A stretch of DNA of 32,000 nucleotides from Candidatus Peribacter riflensis (GTDB lineage: Bacteria > Patescibacteriota > Gracilibacteria > Peribacterales > Peribacteraceae): NCBI GenBank assembly GCA_001430755.1, contig CP013062.1, positions 1,140,001-1,172,000 of the forward strand, given 5' to 3'. The notes beneath the pieces were generated by a model. That model saw only the letters and a list, made by a program, of their open reading frames with translations, made no database searches and was not told the DNA's origin. Each line of letters starts with the position of its first letter. The first letter of the stretch is position 1. Below, one piece after another: positions 7,996 to 16,037 of the stretch. Made by a program: the position numbers and the translations under genes.

Positions 7996-8106
7996 AATCT
8001 TTTGAGCACCAAAGGTAGTCAGCATGGAGAGATTATTCTGGTGATTGAGTCACATTTCTCCACATGGGGCAACTTTTGTGCTTCCGTTGCGGGCAGGCCT
8101 TTCTCT

Positions 8107-8136
8107 TTGACACCCGCTCGTATTCACCACTAGTCT
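8107..8136 (+). promoter_or_regulatory. candidate topA promoter
   Basis: TTGACA (8107-8112), 18 nt, then TAGTCT (8131-8136), about 85 nt upstream of the ATG. Confidence 0.35.
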
Positions 8137-8222
8137 CTCGCCCTGTACCAGTCGCTACGCTCCGATAGAGGGCAGGCACTGATCTTTTCCGGTTCGCACA
8201 CCCTCAATTCCAAGGATTGTTC

Positions 8223-10580
8223 ATGCCCTCACATCTCGTCATCGTCGAGAGCCCCACGAAGGCCAAGACCATCAAGCGCTTTCTCGGCAAAGATTTCGAC
8301 GTGGAGGCGAGCATGGGTCATGTGCGCGATCTGCCCGAAGGGTCACTCGGCGTCGACACGGAGGATTTTTCGGTGAAGTATGTGATCCCCAAAGAGAAAG
8401 CTGCGGTGGTGAAGAGGCTGCAGAAGTCTCTCGATTCTGCTTCTGATCTGTGGATCGCGACTGACGAAGATCGTGAAGGGGAAGCCATCGGCTGGCACCT
8501 CACCGAGATCCTCAAGCGCAAGAAGAAGCAGCCCATTCGGCGCATCGTCTTTCATGAAATCACCAAAGAGGCGATCGAGGCGGCGGTAGAGCATCCGCGC
8601 AAGATCGATGAGAAACTGGTGGATGCGCAGCATGCGCGGAGGATTCTGGATCGTCTGGTGGGCTACACGCTCTCCCCGTTCCTCTGGAAGAAGGTCTACC
8701 GCGGGCTCTCCGCCGGACGTGTGCAGTCGGTGGCTGTGCGCATCATCGTGGACCGCGAGCGTGCCATCAAGGCATTTCATGCGGAGGAGTACTGGACGGT
8801 CACAGCAGATCTTCTCAATGGAGCGCAGCAGCCGTTCTCCGCTGATTTGAAACAGAAAGACGGCAAGAAATTTGTGCCCGTGAGCGATGCGCAGGCACAG
8901 CAGGTGCTCGCGGATCTCAAGGGCGCCTCCTACTCCGTTCAATCGCTCGAAGAAAAAGAGATCAAAAAAACGCCGCCTCCCCCCTTCACCACTTCCACGC
9001 TCCAGCAGGAGGCCGGCCGCAAGCTCGGCTTCTCAGTGAAGCAGACCATGATGGTGGCGCAGCAGCTCTACGAAGGCGTGGACCTGGGCAAGGGCGAAGG
9101 GCATGTGGGCCTGATCACCTACATGCGTACCGATTCGGTGAACCTGAGTGACAAGGCGCTCGCCGATGCGCGTGAAACGATTCAGCAGCACTACGGCCGC
9201 GAGTACATTCTCTCGTCTCCGCGCAAGTATAAGACGAAGAGCAAGGGTGCGCAGGAAGCGCACGAGGCGATCCGTCCCACCGAGATGGCGCGCGTGCCGG
9301 AGTCGCTCAAAGACGTGCTCGATCATCAGCAACTCAAGCTCTACACCCTGATCTGGGAGCGCGCGGTAGCGACACAGATGGCCGAAGCGCAGCTCAAGCG
9401 CGTGGGTGCGGATATTCGGGCCGGTGCCTACACGTTCCGCGCCACCGGCCAGACCATCGCATTCGATGGTTATCTGCGCGTGTACCTCGAGGGACGCGAC
9501 GAACCGGAATCGCAGCAGAGTGCCGAGGAAGAGGAGGATGCGGGCATGCTCCCGCCGCTCCAGGAGGGCGAGACACTCGAGTGCAAATCTCTGCTGCCGG
9601 AGCAGCACTTCACCAAGCCGCCTCCGCGTTACACCGAGGCGAGTCTGGTGAAGAAGCTGGAAGAGGAAGGCATCGGCCGGCCGAGTACGTACGCCCCGAC
9701 GATCTCCACGGTCCAGCAGCGCGGATACATCAAGAAGGAGGGCAAGCAGCTCATCCCCGAAGACATCGCTTTCACCGTGACCGATCTGCTGACCGAGCAC
9801 TTCCCCGATATTGTGGATCTCACCTTCACGGCGAAGATGGAGCAGTCACTGGATGACATCGCCGAGAGCGATCTGAAATCCGTCACGTTTCTGAGGGGCT
9901 TCTACAAGCCGTTCCACAAGCTCATCGAATCGAAGACCGTCGAGGTGAAGAAGGGCGAGGTGCTCAAGGACCGCGTCATCGGCATCGATCCCGATACGAA
10001 GCTGGAGGTGCTGGCGCGCACCGGACGCTTCGGCCCGTACATCCAACTCGGGCGCATCGAGCTCAAGCCCGGCGAAAAAATGAAGAATGTTCCCAAGCCC
10101 AAGAGCGCCTCGATTCCGAAGACGATCGGCAAAGATGCCATCACGCTGGAGCAGGCCCTCTCTCTCCTCGCCTTCCCGCGTGTGCTGGGCGAGAAGGACG
10201 GCCAGACGATCGAGGTGCACCTCGGACGCTTCGGGCCGTACATCAAGTGGGGCAAAGCGACGACGTCACTCGGCAAGGATCAGGAGCCTGCGCAGATCAC
10301 GAAGGAGGAGGCGATTGCCTACCTCGCCTCCGCCAAGGATCGCAAGGCGCAGGCAGCCGAGCCGCTCCGGTCGCTCGGGCAGGATGCCGCGACAGGGGCC
10401 GAAGTTCAGGTGAAGACCGGCCGCTACGGGCCGTACGTCACTGATGGAAAAACCAATTGCTCCCTGCCCAAGCGTTTCACACCCGAAGCCGTGACGCTGG
10501 AGGAGGCGAGTGACCTGCTGGCAAAGAAGCGAGCCAGGGGCCCGAGCAAGTGGAAGGGGAGAGGGTGGGGGAAGAAATGA
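8223..10580 (+). CDS. topA: DNA topoisomerase I (type IA) with a zinc-finger-less C-terminal repeat domain
   Basis: ATG 8223 is preceded by AAGGA (8212-8216); the track ORF starts at TTG 8217. Toprim motif LVIVESPTKAKTI, the active-site region, and three C-terminal GR(F/Y)GPY(I/V) repeats in place of Cys4 fingers. Confidence 0.93.
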   Translation: MPSHLVIVESPTKAKTIKRFLGKDFDVEASMGHVRDLPEGSLGVDTEDFSVKYVIPKEKAAVVKRLQKSLDSASDLWIATDEDREGEAIGWHLTEILKRKKKQPIRRIVFHEITKEAIEAAVEHPRKIDEKLVDAQHARRILDRLVGYTLSPFLWKKVYRGLSAGRVQSVAVRIIVDRERAIKAFHAEEYWTVTADLLNGAQQPFSADLKQKDGKKFVPVSDAQAQQVLADLKGASYSVQSLEEKEIKKTPPPPFTTSTLQQEAGRKLGFSVKQTMMVAQQLYEGVDLGKGEGHVGLITYMRTDSVNLSDKALADARETIQQHYGREYILSSPRKYKTKSKGAQEAHEAIRPTEMARVPESLKDVLDHQQLKLYTLIWERAVATQMAEAQLKRVGADIRAGAYTFRATGQTIAFDGYLRVYLEGRDEPESQQSAEEEEDAGMLPPLQEGETLECKSLLPEQHFTKPPPRYTEASLVKKLEEEGIGRPSTYAPTISTVQQRGYIKKEGKQLIPEDIAFTVTDLLTEHFPDIVDLTFTAKMEQSLDDIAESDLKSVTFLRGFYKPFHKLIESKTVEVKKGEVLKDRVIGIDPDTKLEVLARTGRFGPYIQLGRIELKPGEKMKNVPKPKSASIPKTIGKDAITLEQALSLLAFPRVLGEKDGQTIEVHLGRFGPYIKWGKATTSLGKDQEPAQITKEEAIAYLASAKDRKAQAAEPLRSLGQDAATGAEVQVKTGRYGPYVTDGKTNCSLPKRFTPEAVTLEEASDLLAKKRARGPSKWKGRGWGKK

Positions 10581-10679
10581 GTATGGCAGGCGCGGCCCCT
10601 CTTCGCTCGCTGCGCGAGCTTCGCCGGGGCCTATCGCAGATAATGAGAGAGTAATAGGTCAGTTGCTTGGTTTGAGATC

Positions 10680-10755
10680 TGGCAGGCGCGGTAGGGCTCG
10701 AACCTACGACCCCAGGTTTTGGAGACCTGTGCTCTACCAGCTGAGCTACGCGCCT
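10680..10755 (-). tRNA. trnW: tRNA-Trp (anticodon CCA), CCA end encoded
   Basis: The reverse complement folds as AGGCGCG-TA-GCTC-AGCTGGTA-GAGC-A-CAGGT-CTCCAAA-ACCTG-GGGTC-GTAGG-TTCGAGC-CCTAC-CGCGCCT-G-CCA. All four stems are perfect Watson-Crick. Total length 76 nt. Confidence 0.92.
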
Positions 10756-10787
10756 AGGAGAGAAAGGAACAAACGAGACCCGCTCAT

Positions 10788-10816
10788 ATTCTACGATAAG
10801 TCCTGAGCTTGTCGAA
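10788..10816 (-). promoter_or_regulatory. candidate tRNA-Trp promoter
   Basis: Minus strand: TTCGAC (10816-10811), 17 nt, then TAGAAT (10793-10788), 32 nt upstream of the mature tRNA 5' end. The -35 lies inside the GTCCT...AGGAC hairpin repeat. Confidence 0.4.
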
Positions 10817-10820
10817 GGAC
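10800..10820. repeat. short hairpin GTCCT-N11-AGGAC (CTGAGCTTGTCGAAGG type)
   Basis: GTCCTGAGCTTGTCGAAGGAC. A related string, TCCTGAGCTCTGTCGAAAG, lies at 16967-16985. This sequence type is widespread in extragenic repeats. Confidence 0.45.
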
Positions 10821-10827
10821 TGAGCTA

Positions 10828-10862
10828 CCCGCCCGAACGTACCGTCGTTCGGTACGGGCGGG
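10828..10862. repeat. GC-rich palindromic REP-like element, copy 1
   Basis: CCCGCCCGAACGTACCGTCGTTCGGTACGGGCGGG. Outer stem is CCCGCCC/GGGCGGG. Confidence 0.8.
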
Positions 10863-10989
10863 CGCGCCTAGGTCATCCCTATCTTACTCAGCCCCCACAG
10901 AAAACGACAATGGTGCTGCGAGAAAAAGCAGTTCTCGTTGATTTCTTGAGGGTGGGGTATACTTCCCAACTGTTCTTTCCCCCAGTTGT

Positions 10990-11274
10990 ATGGACATCAT
11001 TCCCCTGCTCCAGGCGTTGCCACAGGCAGTCTTCACGCCGGAGTTCTTCATGGTATGCGTTTTAGTCTTCTTCATCTGCGAGGCGCTCTTCAAGATTCCG
11101 CAGCTGGATGATCTGGAATGGGGCAAGCCCGTGATTGCGCTGGTCGTCGGCGCGCTCCTGAGCGTGTTCCAGGTCGGCGTCTCTGTCGATGCCCTGCTCA
11201 TCGGTCTCGTGGCGGGAGGCGTGACCACGCTTGCCGTGAGTCGTCTGGATTACTGGTTCACGAGAAAGAAGTAG
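10990..11274 (+). CDS. small integral membrane protein (about 3 TM helices), function unknown
   Basis: 94-aa ORF with three hydrophobic segments and a basic C-terminus (WFTRKK). The holin-like topology is only a superficial resemblance. Confidence 0.5.
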   Translation: MDIIPLLQALPQAVFTPEFFMVCVLVFFICEALFKIPQLDDLEWGKPVIALVVGALLSVFQVGVSVDALLIGLVAGGVTTLAVSRLDYWFTRKK

Positions 11275-11325
11275 AGGACGGATCCTGTGCCCTTTGCTTA
11301 CAGGTGGTCTATCATAGAGGCTCCC

Positions 11326-12444
11326 ATGAGCCGACGACTTTTCGTTCTTCACTGCCTCGCCGCTTTTCTGTGCGTGATTCCTTCTGCCGTGGCGGAAGGT
11401 GCATGGTATGCACCGGTGCTTTCTGCGTTTGAGGAGGCCGGATATATTGCTGCAGGTGCCATGGTGCCGCAGGCTCCGGCTACGCGGTGGAAGTTTCTCG
11501 ACCTTCTGTTGCGCCTGAAGGGAGGGGTGGTGCACGGGCCGTTCGCATCGGTGACCTTCGACGATGTCAGTGCCGAAGATCCGCAGTATTTCCTTTTTGA
11601 GGAGGGAGCAGCCCAGGGATGGGTGAGAGGCGTGGAGAATTGCATTGGAAAGCATCCGTGTTTCGCTTTTCCCAGACGGGCGATCAATCGCGCCGAAGCT
11701 GCGGCGCTCATCGTTCGGGCATTTGGTTTACAGGCAGGAGGAGATGCGCCGATTTTTTCTGATAGCCGATCCGGTGCCTGGTATGAAGAAGCTCTGCGTT
11801 CGGCAGCGAGTCATTGCGTGTTTCGTGGTGATGATGCGCAGAAAACAGTTCGCCCTGATGCCATACTGAATCAGGCGGAAATGCTCGCAGCCCTTGCCCG
11901 AGCGGTTCAGGGGCTGAGCTATCCGAACTGTGATGTGGCGGTCGCAACGTTGCCACCGGCACCGGCTGCATTGCAGATTCAATTACCGCTGCCGCCAGTG
12001 ATTTCGGCAGTTTCCTCGGCATCCTCCTCATCCTCCGTTATCCAAACCACCTCTAGTGCATCCTCCCCTGCATCTTCATCTTCGCAGTCTGCTCAACAGA
12101 CACCACAAGTTGCATCGCCGGTCTCATCCTCATCCGCCTCTACTTCTTCCGTCTCATCTGTCATAGCGACATCGGACCCCGAATACACGCAATTTCTTGC
12201 TCGCTACAACGAGTATGTTGCAGCCTTCGGTACCTCGCTCTCGGCGACGAAATTTTCGGCAGATGACACCACGCTGCGCGTCCTCAATCTACTCAAAGCG
12301 CAAATGGATATGATCGCCGGCTACTACCAGTACGTTTCCATTGCGCGTCAACGTGCTCTTTCGGCGGGGGAAAAACAGGTTGCCGAGTCACTGAGACTGG
12401 CCATTGAGGCAGCGTTTGAGAATATTCGGGGAATTCAGCAATGA
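11326..12444 (+). CDS. secreted SLH-like (S-layer homology) domain protein with Ser-rich linker
   Basis: Start moved to MSRRLFVLHCLAAFLCVIPSAVA (signal peptide). FDDVSAEDPQY...GWVRG...INRAEAAALIVRAFGL and FSDSRSGAWYEEALRSAA...NQAEMLAALARAV resemble SLH repeats. A Ser/Pro-rich low-complexity tract lies at about 11990-12170. Confidence 0.6.
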   Translation: MSRRLFVLHCLAAFLCVIPSAVAEGAWYAPVLSAFEEAGYIAAGAMVPQAPATRWKFLDLLLRLKGGVVHGPFASVTFDDVSAEDPQYFLFEEGAAQGWVRGVENCIGKHPCFAFPRRAINRAEAAALIVRAFGLQAGGDAPIFSDSRSGAWYEEALRSAASHCVFRGDDAQKTVRPDAILNQAEMLAALARAVQGLSYPNCDVAVATLPPAPAALQIQLPLPPVISAVSSASSSSSVIQTTSSASSPASSSSQSAQQTPQVASPVSSSSASTSSVSSVIATSDPEYTQFLARYNEYVAAFGTSLSATKFSADDTTLRVLNLLKAQMDMIAGYYQYVSIARQRALSAGEKQVAESLRLAIEAAFENIRGIQQ

Positions 12445-12504
12445 TTTGAATCTTCGATGCATGCAGAGCAATGGTAGGGTGTTCGCGTATTTTCCCCCTG
12501 GCCT

Positions 12505-13029
12505 ATGCGCTCCTCACGTTCCCTCTCGCTCCTTCTCATCGGAGCCATGCTCGTTCCTGCGCTGACGCTGGCAGATGACGACGATGCGTCCTCCTCCTCG
12601 TCGAGCATGACCAGTTCATCGTCTTCTTCGAGTGTGTCCAGCTCCTCCTCGTCTTCTTCCTCCGCGCCTGACAGCAGCAAGGGCCGCAGGCGCAAGGCGC
12701 TCCCGCCAATTGTCGCAGGCTGCATCCAGACGGCGGTCGATGCCCGCGAGCAATCTGTGCTTACGGCGGTGACGACCTACACGAGCAGTGTTCTCTCCGC
12801 CTTCCAGCAGAAGAAGAGTGCCTTGCACGATGCCTGGGCCATTGCAAATAACAGCCAGCGCAAAGCGGCGGTGAAGAGCGCATGGACAGCATTTGCACAA
12901 ACCAAGCGTATGGCGAAGAAGACGTACAAGGAGGCGCGCCAGACCGCCTGGAGCATCTTCAAGAAAGCCGCCAAGCTCTGCAATGAGTCGATGTCCGACG
13001 AGAGCTACAAGGCGAACGAGGATCTGTGA
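12505..13029 (+). CDS. secreted protein: signal peptide, poly-Asp/Ser tract, Cys-bracketed helical domain
   Basis: MRSSRSLSLLLIGAMLVPALTLA signal peptide and a DDDDASSSSSSMTSSSSSSSVSSSSSSSSS tract. An 85-residue helical region lies between two Cys residues, and its central segment is about 45% identical to the protein at 28534-29064. Confidence 0.55.
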   Translation: MRSSRSLSLLLIGAMLVPALTLADDDDASSSSSSMTSSSSSSSVSSSSSSSSSAPDSSKGRRRKALPPIVAGCIQTAVDAREQSVLTAVTTYTSSVLSAFQQKKSALHDAWAIANNSQRKAAVKSAWTAFAQTKRMAKKTYKEARQTAWSIFKKAAKLCNESMSDESYKANEDL

Positions 13030-13054
13030 GCGCTTCATACCCTGTTTCTCGCGT

Positions 13055-13088
13055 GGAGGACTGCCCGGTGGCGGCCCTCCATTTTTCT
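13055..13088 (+). terminator. hairpin plus T-rich tract downstream of 12505-13029
   Basis: GGAGGACTGC...GCGGCCCTCC stem (13055-13080) followed by ATTTTTCT. Confidence 0.5.
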
Positions 13089-13101
13089 GTTCTGGCTGAG
13101 C

Positions 13102-14052
13102 ATGGCTGAAGTGAGCGATTTTTGGTACAATACTTTGATGCTCCGCGTGGAAATCAACATCCCTCATCCGCTTGAAACACTCTGCCTTCTGCTCGCGGCG
13201 GGAGGAGTGATGCTGTGGATGGCATGGGATGTGCCCCAGAGTGCATCGATGGATGCACGTAGCCCGGCAGAGGTCCGCGGCGGCGGCGGGGCGGATCGTG
13301 AGGCGCGGGTACTGGCATTCAAGAGTGCCGAGGATGATGCGCGGCGGATCAGGCTCGAGCAGGCGGTACTCGCGCGGCGTGAGGAGATTCTTCGCTACCA
13401 ATTGCAGGTTCTGGAAACCGAAGCGAGCCGCGTCGGCAATGATGATGCGGTGCGTGCGGCGAAGACAGAGCTCCTTTCGCTGCTCGGCGACACGCGTGCT
13501 GCCGAACAGAAATTCCTCGAAACTCTGCGGGAGATGTGGGAGGCCGAGGGGCTCTCGGCGGCCGCAGCCATGGGGAGCCCGGGAGTGGTGCGCATGCTCT
13601 GGCCTGTAGAACCGGAACGGGGTCTTTCAGCCGGTTTCCTCGATGCCGCTTACGAGCAGCGATTCGGCATTCCGCACCATGCGATTGATATCCCTGTTTC
13701 GCAGGGGTCCGCTGTGCGCAGCGCCGCAGATGGAGTGGTCGAAAAGGTCGTGGATAACGGTCTGGGATACAGCTTTATCCTCGTCAAACATGACGGCTTC
13801 GCCACACTCTATGGACACGTGAGCGGCTTCTTTGTCGCAGAGGGGGACGAGGTGCGTCAGGGGGATGTGCTGGGAGCCTCGGGAGGCATGCCGGGCACGC
13901 CGGGAGCGGGGGCCATCTCCACGGGTCCGCACCTGCACTTTGAAGTGATCGCTCAGGGCGAGCGCATCGATCCGCTCACGGTTCTTCCCGCCCGAACGAC
14001 CGTTCGGTCGGGCGGGCCGTCGAGGCCGGAGGTGGACCAAGTTCAGTCGTGA
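13102..14052 (+). CDS. M23 family metallopeptidase (LytM domain) with N-terminal TM helix and coiled coil
   Basis: HHAIDI, LYGHVSGFFVAEGDEVRQGDVLG and GPHLHFEV are M23 signatures. The last roughly 20 codons run through a palindromic repeat (13987-14016). Confidence 0.8.
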   Translation: MAEVSDFWYNTLMLRVEINIPHPLETLCLLLAAGGVMLWMAWDVPQSASMDARSPAEVRGGGGADREARVLAFKSAEDDARRIRLEQAVLARREEILRYQLQVLETEASRVGNDDAVRAAKTELLSLLGDTRAAEQKFLETLREMWEAEGLSAAAAMGSPGVVRMLWPVEPERGLSAGFLDAAYEQRFGIPHHAIDIPVSQGSAVRSAADGVVEKVVDNGLGYSFILVKHDGFATLYGHVSGFFVAEGDEVRQGDVLGASGGMPGTPGAGAISTGPHLHFEVIAQGERIDPLTVLPARTTVRSGGPSRPEVDQVQS

Positions 14053-15181
14053 GTTTGAAGTCCTGCGCCTGCCGCAGGGCGAAGGCATCTGTCATGCCGG
14101 CGACATAATCTTTGATGGCTTCTGGCAGCGAGCTGCCCGTCCTCTTCTGCAGTTCCAGGATTTTCGGATGAGGATGCGCTTCGTAGAACCGGCACAGCGC
14201 GATGACGATGGCCTGTCCGTAGGCATTGCATGATTGTACGTGCGGGTGCAGGTAGAGGCGCTGCCAGAGAAAATCGTGGATGGCCTGCAAATCCCGTTCC
14301 ATGGCCGGAGAAAAACGCACCAACGATCCGGATGCGATAGTGACATCCTGCAGCGAGCGAACGGAATGGGAGGTCAGCTCCTTTTCCGTGGCTTCGTACA
14401 GGTCGGTCACCAGCAAATGGATGAGCGCTCCCCTGAGCGATGTGCCGCGATCCTGCGCGCGTTTTTCGGCCCGCTTGCCAAGCGGGATCCCCGTGATGTC
14501 GTCGAAAGAGAAAAGTGCAGAAGCAAGCCCATCATCACAGTCGTGCGCGGTGTAGGCGATTTCATCGGCCAGGTTCACGAGTTGTCCTTCGAGTGTCGGG
14601 ATGTGGCCGGTGGTGGAAGCCGCAGGCGCATCGTGCGGCGTGAAGTGTTTGTTAAGTCCCTCCAGAATTTCGCGGTTGAGGTTCAAGCCGGGTGTGTGTG
14701 ACGTGTGTTCCTCGAGCAGCGTAACGATACGCAGAGACTGCTCGTTGTGCTCAAACCGGGTTTCATGCGTCTGCATCCACGTATCCAGTGCCTCCTCCCC
14801 CGCGTGGCCGAACGGCGGGTGCCCGAGGTCGTGCGCCAATGCGATGCACTCGGCCAGATCTTCGTTCAGGCGCAGTGTGCGTGCGATATCGCGGCTGATC
14901 TGCGCCACTTCCATGGTGTGGGTGAGGCGTGTGCGCACATGGTCCGATCCTCCTGCTTGCCGGCCGTAGCCTTGGCGAAGGCCGGCGACGAAGACCTGCG
15001 TCTTTCCTTTTAATCTGCGAAAAGCCTGCGTGTGAATGATGCGGTCGCGGTCGCGTTGAAAGGGGAATCGCGTCTCATCTTCGGGCTCCTTCACCGTTCG
15101 TCCCAGCACTCCTTCATGCGGCACCGCGTAGGGGGCGAGGAGCGTATTGGCCTGTGTCATGCGGGCTACAAGCGGCTTCAT
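13976..15181 (-). CDS. dgt: dGTPase-like deoxynucleoside triphosphate triphosphohydrolase (HD domain)
   Basis: FQRDRDRIIHTQAFRRLKGKTQVF ... RTRLTHTMEVAQI ... LAHDLGHPPFGH. Start ambiguous: ATG 15181 (MKPLVAR), 15160 (MTQANTL), or the track start 15271. The C-terminal tail runs into the same palindromic repeat. Confidence 0.85.
   Translation of the reverse strand: MKPLVARMTQANTLLAPYAVPHEGVLGRTVKEPEDETRFPFQRDRDRIIHTQAFRRLKGKTQVFVAGLRQGYGRQAGGSDHVRTRLTHTMEVAQISRDIARTLRLNEDLAECIALAHDLGHPPFGHAGEEALDTWMQTHETRFEHNEQSLRIVTLLEEHTSHTPGLNLNREILEGLNKHFTPHDAPAASTTGHIPTLEGQLVNLADEIAYTAHDCDDGLASALFSFDDITGIPLGKRAEKRAQDRGTSLRGALIHLLVTDLYEATEKELTSHSVRSLQDVTIASGSLVRFSPAMERDLQAIHDFLWQRLYLHPHVQSCNAYGQAIVIALCRFYEAHPHPKILELQKRTGSSLPEAIKDYVAGMTDAFALRQAQDFKLTTELGPPPASTARPTERSFGREEP
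13987..14016. repeat. GC-rich palindromic REP-like element, copy 2 (inside two overlapping gene ends)
   Basis: CCCGCCCGAACGACCGTTCGGTCGGGCGGG. It lies in the 77-bp overlap between the convergent M23 and dGTPase-like ORFs. Confidence 0.8.
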
Positions 15182-15262
15182 CGGAGAGTCCAGTGTACGC
15201 CTGTCGTTTTTGTAGTTCTGGAAGCCGAAACAGCCGGCAACTCCTTGACAGGGTGATGAGCC

Positions 15263-15886
15263 ATGGAACAATGCACTCCCATGTCTTCCGAGGTCATCAC
15301 CAACGAAACATCCGCAGAGAGAGGAGCGCAGATAGCCAATGCTATCGCGCTAACACAGTGGTCGGATGCAGCATTCGGGCAATCACTTCTCGCCGTCACC
15401 GAGGCGGCTCAGGGGCACGCGGAGGAGCAGTACATCCGGTCGCTTGTCTCAACACTGCAGTCTCTGTATCAGCAGATTTGCTCCACTGCGTTCTTCCATG
15501 CAGAGAAGGCGGTCAGATGGAGCGGCGCAGATCATCAGAACGAGCATGCCCGATTCGTCGAGCCGCTCGGAACACTGTGTTCCAACATCCATGTACAAAT
15601 CGGGAGAGTGTATGAGAAATTATCTGATCTGTTTCGCGGCAATGAGGACGGGTTCTTCGCCGTGGAGTGCGCATTGAAGTGCATTCATGCTGCCGAGGAG
15701 GACCAGCGCCGCTACGCGACTGCGGTGCAGAGGGACATCGGAAACATCGAGCCGGTGGCGGTCATAGACCCTTCGATGTTGAAACATCTCAGCAAGGACA
15801 GAAGGATTCCTTCTTCCGCAACGGATGGCGGCAGCGGACCGGAAGATACAACCCCCGGAGATCTCGGACCTGAATGGTCTGTTTGA
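15263..15886 (+). CDS. hypothetical soluble helical protein
   Basis: 207-aa ORF with no recognisable motif and no TM segment. The alternative start ATG 15281 lies 8 nt after a TTGACA-16-AACAAT promoter-like pair. Confidence 0.5.
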   Translation: MEQCTPMSSEVITNETSAERGAQIANAIALTQWSDAAFGQSLLAVTEAAQGHAEEQYIRSLVSTLQSLYQQICSTAFFHAEKAVRWSGADHQNEHARFVEPLGTLCSNIHVQIGRVYEKLSDLFRGNEDGFFAVECALKCIHAAEEDQRRYATAVQRDIGNIEPVAVIDPSMLKHLSKDRRIPSSATDGGSGPEDTTPGDLGPEWSV

Positions 15887-16005
15887 GAGAGCCTGAGGCG
15901 AAGCGCTGGGTCTTAAAATAATCATCGCGAAGTTGTGAGTTGTTGTCGCGAAGCGACACACAAATAATCCGTGCCGAAGCGCGGGTCTCGCGGGTTCCCG
16001 CGCTG

Positions 16006-16037
16006 CCCGCCCGAACGTACCGTTCGGTACGGGCGGG
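16006..16037. repeat. GC-rich palindromic REP-like element, copy 3
   Basis: CCCGCCCGAACGTACCGTTCGGTACGGGCGGG, abutting the 64-nt repeat. Confidence 0.8.

Noticed and set aside
11990-12670. Repetitive TCN/AGC-rich DNA that could be mistaken for a tandem-repeat or CRISPR-like array.
   Set aside because: It is in-frame poly-Ser/Asp/Pro low-complexity coding sequence within two secreted proteins. There are no regular repeat-spacer units.
10680-14052. Cryptic prophage remnant: the tRNA gene followed by a holin-like 3-TM protein and an M23 'endolysin'.
   Set aside because: No integrase, terminase, capsid or tail genes are present. The tRNA 3' end, the usual att side, points away from these genes. 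The intervening genes are SLH-like or Ser-rich envelope proteins with host-like GC content. The holin resemblance is topological only.
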